The notes beneath the pieces are model-generated. The model worked only from the letters and a program-made list of their open reading frames with translations, was not told where the DNA came from and searched no databases. DNA of 63,961 bases, filler included, from Trichomonas gallinae (lineage: Eukaryota): the NCBI GenBank assembly GCA_008369845.1. It is 4 parts of 4 records of this genome, joined end to end, with 100 filler letters (N's around TTAATTAATTAA, not from the genome) between each part and the next. Parts side by side here need not be neighbours in the genome. Positions count along the whole stretch, not along the records: positions 25,715 to 55,736 come from MRSU01001135.1; 3 more parts are not named here. The stretch is one strand, 5' to 3'. This document shows positions 42,506 to 53,265 of this stretch, in pieces. The translations under genes were made by a program, and so were the position numbers. Numbering within the stretch: the first letter of the stretch is position 1; every line of letters begins with the position of its first letter.

Positions 42506-44053
42506 TTAGTCAATAGTTGGTATAATCATAGAATTGCATATGAAATCTCTATATTCCTCGCCCCATATCTTTTTTAAATACAGTTTTTGCTCATATTCTT
42601 TCGAAATTTTGAATCCATATATAAATGGAGAATAATAACCGAATGCAACAATTTCACATGTGCATATAACAACAGCAAGTGCTGTTCCAATCCTTTTGTG
42701 CTTTTTCACAGCAATATCAACCAGTTTTGCTGCTATTAAAATCCCGAAAATATGAGGAATGCAGTAATGATACAAAAGCGTGAAACGCGGAACAAAAGCA
42801 AATGGAAAATACGAAGACGCATATCCTAAAAGGAAGATTAACAGTGGAACATAGTCCATCTTAGTCTTGATATCACTACTATTGTCAGACAAATAAATTC
42901 TATAAATGACAAAAATTGATAAAAATAGTGAAAATAGAATAAAAATCATATTAAAAATATTGATGTGCAGCTTGACTCCGTCAGCAAAACTGATGAATCC
43001 ATAATCCATCAGAGGCCACATCCACCATCTCGATGAAGATCCACCTTTGCATTCCATATTCATGCTGATACTGTTCATTTTTATCATTAGATCGAGAATT
43101 CTTTCAATAATCGATTTATGTTGGTATTCATTCCATTCACCTATTTTGTTTGGTCTTGGCATAAGTATGTACTTCGAAAACTTAACAGAGAAAAGAGGAG
43201 TCAACTGTATATGAATTACAAAAAACGAAAAATACAAAATTATGAAAATTGTCATCATTATCATGAATCTCATAAACAATTTCTTGAATAAATCCAATGA
43301 TATAGTCAGATTATTGAATAGTAATTTCAAGAAAATCACTAGTAATCCAATGATGAATAAAAACCAAGCTGTTTTCTTTACAGATCCTGATAAAGCAATG
43401 AATACGCACATCATGATATAGTATACATTGCTCATTTTTGATACTGATGGAGTCTTTAAGTATTTGACTGAAAAATAAATTGCTGTGATTATCAAAAAAT
43501 GCAAAATTCCGTCTGTAAGTACAAATCTTCCTTCCATTATAAGAATATCTTCGAAAGCAATGATTAAACCGCTTAGAAACGAAGCAATTCTTGTACACTG
43601 AAGATTAATTAATAAAATATAAGCGATTGGAGAGCATAAACTAGAATAAAATGCAACTACTGTCCTTAATCTTTCGTGTCCACATGGTTCATGAAAGTCT
43701 TCTTCAATAGGATAACCATCTTTGCATTTGAATCCAATAAGATTTGCATGGAAATACAGAAATAACTTACCAAAAGGCGGATGTATGTCGAAAAAATATG
43801 TCCTATTCATGTAATATGCAGTGAAATTGCCGAAATATTTTTCATCAAACGCGTTTCTGTTTGGAATTTCATTCTTGTAGAACCTTAGACTGAATGATAT
43901 GAGAAAAAGCAATAGAAATAATGAAGCATCAATGAGTATTGAACGAAATGATTTTTTAGGAGAATTTAACATGAAAACTTTAAAATCATTATCATTCATT
44001 AGTAGCTGATGATCATGCTCATGAAAAATCTCGGTTTGATAAAGAGATTTCAT
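42506..44053 (-). CDS. PMT/GT39-family dolichyl-phosphate-sugar:protein O-glycosyltransferase lacking MIR domains
   Basis: FDEKYFG...YFFDIHPPFGK, EGRFVLTDG, SSRWWMWP and PRFTLLYHY motifs; multi-TM; first ATG at 44053. Confidence 0.9.
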   Translation of the reverse strand: MKSLYQTEIFHEHDHQLLMNDNDFKVFMLNSPKKSFRSILIDASLFLLLFLISFSLRFYKNEIPNRNAFDEKYFGNFTAYYMNRTYFFDIHPPFGKLFLYFHANLIGFKCKDGYPIEEDFHEPCGHERLRTVVAFYSSLCSPIAYILLINLQCTRIASFLSGLIIAFEDILIMEGRFVLTDGILHFLIITAIYFSVKYLKTPSVSKMSNVYYIMMCVFIALSGSVKKTAWFLFIIGLLVIFLKLLFNNLTISLDLFKKLFMRFMIMMTIFIILYFSFFVIHIQLTPLFSVKFSKYILMPRPNKIGEWNEYQHKSIIERILDLMIKMNSISMNMECKGGSSSRWWMWPLMDYGFISFADGVKLHINIFNMIFILFSLFLSIFVIYRIYLSDNSSDIKTKMDYVPLLIFLLGYASSYFPFAFVPRFTLLYHYCIPHIFGILIAAKLVDIAVKKHKRIGTALAVVICTCEIVAFGYYSPFIYGFKISKEYEQKLYLKKIWGEEYRDFICNSMIIPTID

Positions 44054-44504
44054 GGCGAATTTCACTAATTTTGTTTAATCTTGATGAAATTAAAAAGTGA
44101 TAAAAATGTTTTGAAATTATTTTTGCGATTTATCTTGTATATATCATTTTTGAACGTTTAAAATTTTCTGAAGATTTCACAAATTCTGAAAATTCTAACT
44201 GCTTTCTTTTGAAAAATATATTCCTTGCATTTTCAATCATATAAATAATTATGAAATAATAAAATTTATTCAGATATTATGGGCGTAACGGCATCATAAG
44301 TTTGACATTTTGCTGTTTACAAAGTTTATTTGTCAAATGTCAAAATAATTGATATACGTTACTTATTATAGGGGATCAAAAATATAATGGGTCATAACTT
44401 ATTCCACTAGATTTCAATATAGCTAGCGGATCTGTTCCATTTTCTTATGTATTCGCAATAAATAGTTAAGATTTGAGATTCATTATTTAATCATATATAA
44501 ACAC

Positions 44505-46664
44505 TTACCAGTTATGTTTCTTTGATGATAACTCTCTGGCCCTTTCGCGTGTAATGAGTGCGCATGATGCAGTTGGGCAGACACTCTCGCAGAGACCGCA
44601 TCCATTGCACTTGTCTGGGTCAACCTTATAGACCCACTTAGCTGGGATGAGCGTGATAGCATCGTTTGGGCACATTGTGCATCTTCCGCAGCCAATGCAT
44701 GTATATGGGTTAACGAGGTGGTTGATGAGCGGTTCTTCGCCGATGCTCTCTATATCGAACGACTTGTTTTGTGCTGCCCACTCCTTTATGTTCTTGAAGC
44801 CATCTCTCCAAATAGCGAAGGAGAGCTGTGTGTTGAGGTGCTCGATGCCTTGTCCTGTTCTCTTGATGTCAGATGGTTCGACGACGCAAACAGAGTAGCC
44901 GCGTGCGAAAGCATTAAGTGCATCGCGTTTGTTCTTGGCTCCGTAGTGGATCTGAGCTGACTCGCAGTGGCCGTTGAGGATGATGATAGAGTTACCGCCA
45001 AGCTTCTTGGCCTTCATGTACTCATCTGTTGAGTCGCAGTTGATTTCAACAAAGTCAACAGCAGATGTAAGATGCTTAAAGTCATTCTCGAGTGTCTCTG
45101 ATGATGCAAGAATCTGGACACCAAGAATAGAGTTGGGGAACTCCTTCCTGAGTTCGTTGACCATCTTCAAAGCTTCGTCAGCCGGAACGTGGGAGTGGAA
45201 GTTCATCGGTTTGCCTTTCATGTATGTGCGCGGCCTGTTTGCGTATTCGCCGATGCCGATGACGACGCCACCCCAGCCCTTCTGCAAGTACTTCTTGCAT
45301 GTGTAGAGGTTCTCTGTGAAAGATGAAGCTCCAGCTATGAATGGAGACCCTGTGACTTTCTTTCCATCGAGGGAAACTTTGATGTCTGCTGGTCTGTGTT
45401 CGTATTCGAATGATGTGAAGTTGGAGATCAAATCATTGTCGATCTTCGGTGGCTGCTGGCCTGTGAGGAAGTTGTGGCACTTCCAGGCAGCATTCTTGCC
45501 TGATGCCGAAGCCTGTACAGCAGATGTGTTCTTGCCGCGAGCTTGACCGCAAACGAAGACCTTTCCTTGCTCTGTTCCGTCTTTGATGTTTGTCTTCTGG
45601 CCGAGAGCTGGGACGAGATAGTCGAGGTCTTTCCACATGACGTCTGTGTCTGGGATTGGGTTGAGCTGGGCGTCAAACTGGACGCAGTGGACTGTTAACT
45701 TGCCGTTTTCCTCTTTGATGACTTTTTCAATGCCAACGCGTGGAACGACAGAGACACCGAGGCCAGCCATGGCACCGCGCTCTTCTGGAGCGAGAGGAGC
45801 CTGATCTAAAGTACGGCGGTAGAAAATAACGCATGATGCGCCAGCTTTTTGAGCGGCGAGGGCGACATCAACAGCGACACCACCACAGCCGAAGACACCA
45901 ATAGACTTGCCCTTGAGGTCTTCTGGTTTCATTGCGAAAAATTCGTGTGTTGAAATTGCGAATTCCGCTCCTGGGCATGTAAGCTTGCCGTGGTTCTGAG
46001 AACCAACTGCATAGATTACGGCATCGTAGTCCTTTTCAGTCGCTGGGTCGAATGGAGTGTTAAGTTTGATTTCTGTATCACCGACAATCGAGAGTAAGTC
46101 GAGATCCATCTTCAAAACATCTTCTGGGAATCTGTACTTCGGGATGAGTTGGACATCTCCTCCGACAACAGCGTTCTTTTCGAAAATTGTAACTTTGTGG
46201 CCTCTAGAAGCAAGGCAAGTAGCAGCAGAGAGTCCAGAAGGGCCTGCACCAACGACAGCAACATGCTTGCCTGTTGCTGGGCTCTTTTTGATGAGTTCGC
46301 GGAATTTTCCATCTTTGCATGCACGTTTGATAATTTCAGCCTGAAGAGCAGGGATGTTGATGGAAGCATCCAACTTCTGTCTGGAGCATCTTGACATACA
46401 GTGATTTACTGGACAGATAACTCCGCAAACAGAGCCTAATGGCTGCTTAGAGTAGATGCAAAGAGCAGCATAGTCCATATCAGACTTTTCTCCGCTGTAA
46501 GCTGCGTTAATGAACTCACTTGGATCAACTTTGCATGGACATTCCTGATTGCAAGGCTTTTCCGGGCACTGTAGACACTTGTCGAGCTCAGCACGGAACT
46601 GGTGACCGTTAAGATATCTATATCCCTTCTTCGGGTCAATCTTCGATGGAAAGTTTGTAAACAT
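44505..46664 (-). CDS. Dihydropyrimidine dehydrogenase-like flavo-Fe-S protein with degenerate FMN/pyrimidine barrel
   Basis: CLQC..KPC..ECP, CGVICP...C...C, Gln ligand (LQAE), GAGPSG, GCGGVAVD and YRR motifs; C-terminal 2x[4Fe-4S]. ATG at 46664 with Inr TCATTTT immediately upstream. Confidence 0.85.
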   Translation of the reverse strand: MFTNFPSKIDPKKGYRYLNGHQFRAELDKCLQCPEKPCNQECPCKVDPSEFINAAYSGEKSDMDYAALCIYSKQPLGSVCGVICPVNHCMSRCSRQKLDASINIPALQAEIIKRACKDGKFRELIKKSPATGKHVAVVGAGPSGLSAATCLASRGHKVTIFEKNAVVGGDVQLIPKYRFPEDVLKMDLDLLSIVGDTEIKLNTPFDPATEKDYDAVIYAVGSQNHGKLTCPGAEFAISTHEFFAMKPEDLKGKSIGVFGCGGVAVDVALAAQKAGASCVIFYRRTLDQAPLAPEERGAMAGLGVSVVPRVGIEKVIKEENGKLTVHCVQFDAQLNPIPDTDVMWKDLDYLVPALGQKTNIKDGTEQGKVFVCGQARGKNTSAVQASASGKNAAWKCHNFLTGQQPPKIDNDLISNFTSFEYEHRPADIKVSLDGKKVTGSPFIAGASSFTENLYTCKKYLQKGWGGVVIGIGEYANRPRTYMKGKPMNFHSHVPADEALKMVNELRKEFPNSILGVQILASSETLENDFKHLTSAVDFVEINCDSTDEYMKAKKLGGNSIIILNGHCESAQIHYGAKNKRDALNAFARGYSVCVVEPSDIKRTGQGIEHLNTQLSFAIWRDGFKNIKEWAAQNKSFDIESIGEEPLINHLVNPYTCIGCGRCTMCPNDAITLIPAKWVYKVDPDKCNGCGLCESVCPTASCALITRERARELSSKKHNW

Positions 46665-46978
46665 GAAAAAATGAATTAAAATCACCGACCAACAATAAAT
46701 TTGCACTCTATAAGCATCACATCATATGTTTGCTTTTCTTGATTTCAAATTTATCGTATTTTTTCTATACTATCCCGGTTTTTTTCGATATATGTTGTAA
46801 CTCATTTATATGAACGATTTTAAATATTGAAAATTTGCATACATTTTACGGGTATAACCGAAAATTATCAAAAAGTATGAAAACGAATATTAATATGTTT
46901 ATGGTAATTTTAATTTAAATTGATTTTAAATTTGAAAGCAAATAATCGTCTTTCTGAAAATTGAAATAAGTTGTACGT

Positions 46979-47083
46979 TATACGGGCGCAACAGTAGAGC
47001 TTAAAAATCCGTTAAAACAATTAATATCATGTTCATGATTGTTTTCATTTTAAATAGTTTTGGATTTGAATTGAAAATAATCG
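46979..47083. repeat. Dispersed ~100-bp repeat, copy 2
   Basis: Homologous to 38821-38922. Confidence 0.75.
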
Positions 47084-48681
47084 TTGATTGTTTTTTAAAG
47101 AGTATTTACATCAGGGCAAATTCGTTGTTAGATATGTAATATATATCACATATACTATAAAAATAAAACGATTATCGCTGATAATTTGATGAAAAATGAA
47201 TTCAAACAATTTGATTTTTGTTTTTAATGCTGCGTAATTCTTGTATAATATTCACATACATGAAGCAATTATAATAACCTACAGAAAACATATTGTTCGC
47301 TCGAATAATTCGTTTTCAGACATTCTAAATCTTATTTCTTACTACTTAATTATGAATTTAGATTAATCTACTAACAATTTTTCTTTTTTTTCTTTTTTTG
47401 CTTGTTTTCACAGTTTTTCAAAATCAATATACGGTTAAACGCCAAATTAAGATGGATAACAATGAAATTCTTCTTTTAGTTGAATTCAAGAATAGATTTA
47501 TATCGCATAGAATACATATTTTTTAAATTTCGTGTTGGTTTGCTAATGTTAATCACCGAAATGCATTATGATATTTCTCCATTATATTTATCGGATGATG
47601 AAGAAAGAAGATGTCATGGGTTCATTATTGATGATCGATAAAGACAATAATAGCTAAATATTTATAATTTATCAAATAAAAGCTCAGTATTTTTATTGAA
47701 TTATTGCTGACTCTTGTAAATTGCACTCTTATGATGCTCTGATATAATACATAATAAAACAAAGCATTTGCGAATGAAATAAAGGATGAAAATATCTGAA
47801 ATCATGAGACACTCTGCTTAAATTTGGATAGGTAACATATTCGCATGCTCCTGATGATACTTTTACGCTTCACCCACCTCCAACATAGGGTTTTAACGGC
47901 GAGGGCCGCCAAATGATAGACCCATGATGGAGGAAATGCGATTTTCATGGCCTCAAGATGATATACTTTTATATGAAACAAACTTTCCGCGGGGCCTCTA
48001 GCAGGATTAAAAAAAAAATAAGCGAAGAATGTTTTAACGCAAAATGAGTTGATTGTTGATGGAAGCTTAAACAAAAAATGAGATTTGTGTGTGTATTTTT
48101 GATCTTAAAGATATTTTTGGAAACAACTAATAAATAACTAAAAATCTATATTATAATGGAATTTACTGATCGGATATATGTGTTGATCATAGAAATCAGC
48201 ACGGATAAAAAAACAAGAAAAATATTTCAAAAAAAACTTTAAAAATAGCACGTATATATGAACTAGATATGCTCATATTATTGAAATGAATTCAAATAAG
48301 GAGATATCCAGTGAGATAAAGATCGAAAAAAAATGCTGATGTAATTTGTAGAAATAATATGTAATTAGACAAGATATTAACACCTATACTCTTACTAAAC
48401 GGATTTGTATATAATAGAAAGACGTTTGAATTGAGGAAATCTTCCATAACTTTGCTAAAAATACAAGCATCTTCTAGCAGATTGCAATAAGATTTGTAAC
48501 ACTTTTCTCTTTAGAACTTTGGGCATTGTGACACACTCGGCCCCTCCTGCAATATGGAAGCAACATGAAAAATGGAAGAAAACCAAATTTTAAAAATAAC
48601 ATATATTTATAATCCAACAGCGTTTCCATAAAATAAGATATTTTCAAATTGTAAGATTCGCCTTATTAATGTATATACTTT

Positions 48682-50349
48682 TTACTTTCTCTTTGGCCTT
48701 CTTGACGGTCTTGTAGACTGAGATATTTGTGAAACAATTGTAGACTGTGTCTTTTCTTCATCATCATCAACAACTTCGACTTCTTTTCTCTGTTTTGGCT
48801 TGGTCGGCGAAGGCTTTGCTGATGTCTTCTTTTCACCTTGAATCTCTGCAGGATTCTCCGGTTTTATGACTGGTAACTTGTCTCTATTTTCGAATATGAA
48901 CCTCTTCGCTTCTTCTGACGACATATCATTTGGCTTTTCCATGACCAAATCATTCAAGCATTTGATCATGCCATTGAATACGGTTTCGACATTATTTTCG
49001 AACGCTTTGCTATCGTCACTGTGTATGAACTGCTGGAAACTTTGAGTTAGAGTTTCCAGTGGAATAATTTTGAAACTAGCGGCATCCAAACTTTCTTCCA
49101 TCATTTTTTCCAAACTTGATGGATCACCAGTTGCTCCTGCATTATTCGTCGATTTCTTTGGTTCCTTATTAATATCTTTATCAGACTTATTCATGATTTT
49201 GATGAAATTCTGGTGGTTAGCGATTTTATTTTGAAATGCATGATAAATAGAGCTCAAACTAAGTGTACTTGTTTCCATATTATGATTGATGAGCACAATT
49301 TTCATGATTGGCTTATCATTTTCATCTACATTTTCCTCCGCGAGAATATTATTAATCTCATCTTCGATCTTTTTAATCTTATCATCGGTTGTCCTTTTAC
49401 CTTTGAAGATCTTATCGAGTTCAATCTCCCTATATATGAATTTGCGCGAAGAAAGCACATAAGGTCTGAATTCGTATTTGCTTTCAGGATCTGAATCAAT
49501 TTCGAGGATAGCCATTGAGCGAGCGGTAGCATCTTTCTTTCGAATCTGCGTGTAAATCGTACTTCCTGGCTGTGTTACCATGATGTTGCCGTATTTTCTG
49601 AGATCAACAAGATTCTGATGTTCATGGCCCCAAATTACAAGATCAATTTTGTTTTCATCAGAATCATTTGGTAGTGCATTTGAAAGGAGATCCTGAACTT
49701 TCTCAGCATGCTCACCATATGTAGTTGCGTTTTGATGTACCATGAGAATTCGAAATGATTTTGTGACATCGGCGTCTGATGGTGGTGGAACAAGCTGAAG
49801 CTTTTTATACTTTACGCAATCAATGAAATCAATTTCAGAAATCCATCCAAAACCGTAAATAATTACTCGAATATTATCGCGCTTCAAAACAACTGGTTCT
49901 AGTTTGTAAATATCGTTTTCTTTGGTGATATCTTTGAAGTAATTGATATATTTAGGAATTGATAAGATTTGAACAGCAGATAAAGGTTCTGTTAAACCAA
50001 CTGGAGCATCGTGATTTCCATGTATGCAAAAGAAAGGAATCTTGATTTTAATATTTGGATCAAGCCAGTTTGGATGTAATGATAAGCCCTCAGCATATGG
50101 AATTTCTGGTGGGTTTCCTTCACCGATAATGTATTGATTTAGAGCCTTCATTGTACTAATTAATGTGTGCATTGATGGATTTTTATCGTTAAACAAGTCT
50201 CCTGAGTGTAAAATAATATCACAATTATGTAATTGTGCTTGTTGAAGGCATTCACTGAAAGCATTGAAAGAATCCTCACGCTGGACTATATCCTTTTCAT
50301 TATATCCAAGGTGAGTATCAGTAAATATGGCAATCCTGAATTTTGTCAT
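48682..50349 (-). CDS. MRE11: Double-strand break repair nuclease Mre11
   Basis: Phosphoesterase motifs TDTHLG, GDLF, IHGNHD, HQN and WGHEH, plus QPGS. Confidence 0.95.
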   Translation of the reverse strand: MTKFRIAIFTDTHLGYNEKDIVQREDSFNAFSECLQQAQLHNCDIILHSGDLFNDKNPSMHTLISTMKALNQYIIGEGNPPEIPYAEGLSLHPNWLDPNIKIKIPFFCIHGNHDAPVGLTEPLSAVQILSIPKYINYFKDITKENDIYKLEPVVLKRDNIRVIIYGFGWISEIDFIDCVKYKKLQLVPPPSDADVTKSFRILMVHQNATTYGEHAEKVQDLLSNALPNDSDENKIDLVIWGHEHQNLVDLRKYGNIMVTQPGSTIYTQIRKKDATARSMAILEIDSDPESKYEFRPYVLSSRKFIYREIELDKIFKGKRTTDDKIKKIEDEINNILAEENVDENDKPIMKIVLINHNMETSTLSLSSIYHAFQNKIANHQNFIKIMNKSDKDINKEPKKSTNNAGATGDPSSLEKMMEESLDAASFKIIPLETLTQSFQQFIHSDDSKAFENNVETVFNGMIKCLNDLVMEKPNDMSSEEAKRFIFENRDKLPVIKPENPAEIQGEKKTSAKPSPTKPKQRKEVEVVDDDEEKTQSTIVSQISQSTRPSRRPKRK

Positions 50350-50469
50350 TCAACAATATGAAAATTTGACATTTCCCCGAGGAAGTTTTTTACATGTCAA
50401 ATATTTCATTTTGTTATGTCAGATCACAAAATCATTCATCGATAATACTACGATTTACAATTATCTACA

Positions 50470-50803
50470 TTTCGTGCCTCTTCAGAGTGGCTGTAACGCC
50501 ACAAATGCATCTAAGCTCCTTGAAGAGGCACGAAAGCGACAAATTTCCGTAAATAGTTTCATTAATTACGAATTTGACCTGCAAAAGCAAGAAGATCCTT
50601 GCAGGCCGCCACTCCTACATGTCAGAAACCTACAAGACGCTTCATTACTCATGGAAGGGCAAGTATCGAATTCGCATTCTATCGATTTCGATCTACAAGG
50701 GCCAATAAACACCTTGCATGTCGTAAGTGTGTAGTTCTTTCGACCTGCAAGGCGTTTATTGGCCCTTGCAGAACTAAATTGCGAGATTAGTGCGAAATCT
50801 GAT
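50470..50803. repeat. Cluster of inverted repeats/palindromic units
   Basis: Perfect 15-bp IR at 50470-50484/50521-50535; ~42-bp IR at 50686-50727/50737-50778; further CCTGCAA...TTGCAGG unit at ~50576-50606. Confidence 0.85.
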
Positions 50804-51081
50804 AAGAAACGCCTTGTTTCTTGATCAGACAATCGTTTTGCCAACTAAAAATCATCAATTATACCTTAGAGATATCTTTTTAGGTCATGATGAAAGAAAT
50901 TTTGATACAAAATCGAATCTGTCATGTAAAGTGTCACTTTTAATACTGATTATAAATTTTTAATGATTTAAATGCAAAAAAAAATATAAATCTTATACAA
51001 AAATGAATCCATTTATGCAATAAAAAAGCAGTTTTAGAAAAAAAAAAACTAAAGCGTTAATTTTCATAAATCAATTTTTTC

Positions 51082-53265
51082 ATGACTGGGAAAGCGAAAA
51101 CGAATAATGATAAAGCGATTACACTTCCGCACAGGTCAAACGCAACACATTCTGCGCGCTCTTACCAGAAAACAGTCTCAGAATTAACGATTGAAGAAGA
51201 ATATTATACTGAAAGTGAGTCAGATGACGAATTAAACTCCATAAACAAAAAGAAAAATTTCAAGCAAGTACAACCGCCCATTTCTGATCTAGAAAACGAA
51301 TCATCAGATGTTTACATTGTAAATAATCAAAATTCTGAGCAATACACTGACCACACGAACTCAGGCACAGACATAGAAGATCCAAAATTCACTCCACAGC
51401 CGCCTTCTTGCTCACTTTCTTCTTCAACAACGCCAGAATCATCCCCGAGACAGTCTAAATCGAAAAATTCATTCCAATCGAACTTGTCTAAGCATAAAGG
51501 AAAGCCTAAAAACAATGACAAATCAGAAAACACCATATCAGAATCATATTCTTTGCGCAGTGTGAATTCTATTAAGCCAAGGGGCAGTGCTTCAAAGTAT
51601 GCAGTACAGGAGAGTGACTCGGATGATAACAATGATCAAAACTCAGATCAAGAAAATGGTAATGAAGAAAAGCCAAAACCAAAGTCATCAATGGGTGATT
51701 CTAGGAGTGTGAAATCGAATATGAGCAATGGATCAAGAAAATTCTCAGCACAGCAAATGATGAAATTTATTGATCCAATAAAAGAGAATTCTGACGATGA
51801 AAACAAACCAAATGTCAATACTTCGCCAAGCAAATTACGCAAGATAACAAAAATTAACAAAAAGATGAAATTTGCACAAGATAAAGATCCAAGTGAAAAA
51901 TTCGATCGAAAACAAAGGTCTAAATATTTACAGGACTTATCTGATGATGATTATGTTCCTCCTAAGCCAATTGGTGGTGAATATAATTCATCTATCGAAG
52001 TTGTTAATAGATATAAAGCTGAGGATTCGTCTTTACAGTCAAAATCACCAAGCAAGAAAAATTCTAACAAATTGGAATCATTATCAGTTGGTGTTTACAT
52101 GTTTAACAAGCCAAAAGACAGATTTGCATCAGATGATGACGAAAAATCAGATACTTCACGTGCACGCAATCTCAAGAACCACAAATTCTTGAATGAAGAC
52201 GATAACACGCCTTATTATTCCAAGAACATGTCAAATCAGCAAAAATTAAATAAAATATTGGCAAAAGCTCGTGGAGAGACAAAAACAATTATTAAAGATG
52301 AAGATGTTTCCTTCCTCGATCGTCAGAACGTAGTAATCAAGGAAGTTACTGAAGAACAGAAGCCAGAAGAAGAAAATAAATCGAAAGTCGAAGAGGAAGA
52401 AGACTTCAACGTCGAAGAAGAGGAGGAACAGAAGGAATCATCTTCATTCTCCTTAGATACAGAGTTAAAACAAGTCATGCAGCCGAGATCTCATTATTTG
52501 AAAAATGATTTCTCCCAAATCGAAGAGAAACTGCCTGAAATCTTCACGATGAAGAACAAGCGCCGTATTCCACAGCGCAGAGTCATCAAAGTCGAAGAAA
52601 CGTCAGAAGAAGCTTATCAAAGATTGTTGGTGCAAAAAACAACGAACAGAGCTGTACCTTCTCCGAATGGAATCTACTACGAAAGGACAACAAGAGGAAG
52701 GATCGATTATGATGATATTTCACCATCAGAACTCGAGCTAAAGAGACAGGAAGAGGAGGAAAGACTGCGAAAACAGAGGGAGCTGGAAGAAAAAGAAAGA
52801 CTCAGAAGAGAGAAAGAAAAAATCAAGCTTGGAATCATTTCTACTTCATCAGAGGACCATAACTATGAAGACATGGTCTTGGATAGAGATATAGGAGCCC
52901 TGCAGGACAATCTCAGCGCAATATCGGAGGACTCGAGCGTGAGAAGGAGACGCGAGGAAATCGAAAAACTCGCAATCGACTCAACAGTTTCATCGGAGTC
53001 AAACAGACACTACGGAAGGGAGAAGCGTTTGTATCTCGACGAAGATGATGACGACTACAGGAAGAGAAGGAACTACCCGAACTACGAAGATGATCCTGTT
53101 GATGACGGAAGAATTTACGCGCATAAACAGAAGAAAGTCGTGAAAGTCGTCAAAAAAGATTTTGACGATGATTCTCCAAGAAAAGGCGAAAAATCAGAAT
53201 CATCCAGTCGCTCGAAATCGAAGAATAAGTATAGTAATGTCAGCTCATCAGACAGCGATGTTTAA
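51082..53265 (+). CDS. Low-complexity S/D/E/K-rich disordered hypothetical protein with short coiled coil
   Basis: 727-aa ORF with no recognisable domain. Confidence 0.65.
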   Translation: MTGKAKTNNDKAITLPHRSNATHSARSYQKTVSELTIEEEYYTESESDDELNSINKKKNFKQVQPPISDLENESSDVYIVNNQNSEQYTDHTNSGTDIEDPKFTPQPPSCSLSSSTTPESSPRQSKSKNSFQSNLSKHKGKPKNNDKSENTISESYSLRSVNSIKPRGSASKYAVQESDSDDNNDQNSDQENGNEEKPKPKSSMGDSRSVKSNMSNGSRKFSAQQMMKFIDPIKENSDDENKPNVNTSPSKLRKITKINKKMKFAQDKDPSEKFDRKQRSKYLQDLSDDDYVPPKPIGGEYNSSIEVVNRYKAEDSSLQSKSPSKKNSNKLESLSVGVYMFNKPKDRFASDDDEKSDTSRARNLKNHKFLNEDDNTPYYSKNMSNQQKLNKILAKARGETKTIIKDEDVSFLDRQNVVIKEVTEEQKPEEENKSKVEEEEDFNVEEEEEQKESSSFSLDTELKQVMQPRSHYLKNDFSQIEEKLPEIFTMKNKRRIPQRRVIKVEETSEEAYQRLLVQKTTNRAVPSPNGIYYERTTRGRIDYDDISPSELELKRQEEEERLRKQRELEEKERLRREKEKIKLGIISTSSEDHNYEDMVLDRDIGALQDNLSAISEDSSVRRRREEIEKLAIDSTVSSESNRHYGREKRLYLDEDDDDYRKRRNYPNYEDDPVDDGRIYAHKQKKVVKVVKKDFDDDSPRKGEKSESSSRSKSKNKYSNVSSSDSDV

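Noticed and set aside
22517..50349. DNA-repair cluster (DDB1-like, RMI1, MRE11)
   Set aside because: Spread over 28 kb, across a gap and among unrelated genes.
50327..50844. Short ORFs with repeated TCKxFIGPCR
   Set aside because: By-product of the DNA inverted repeat.
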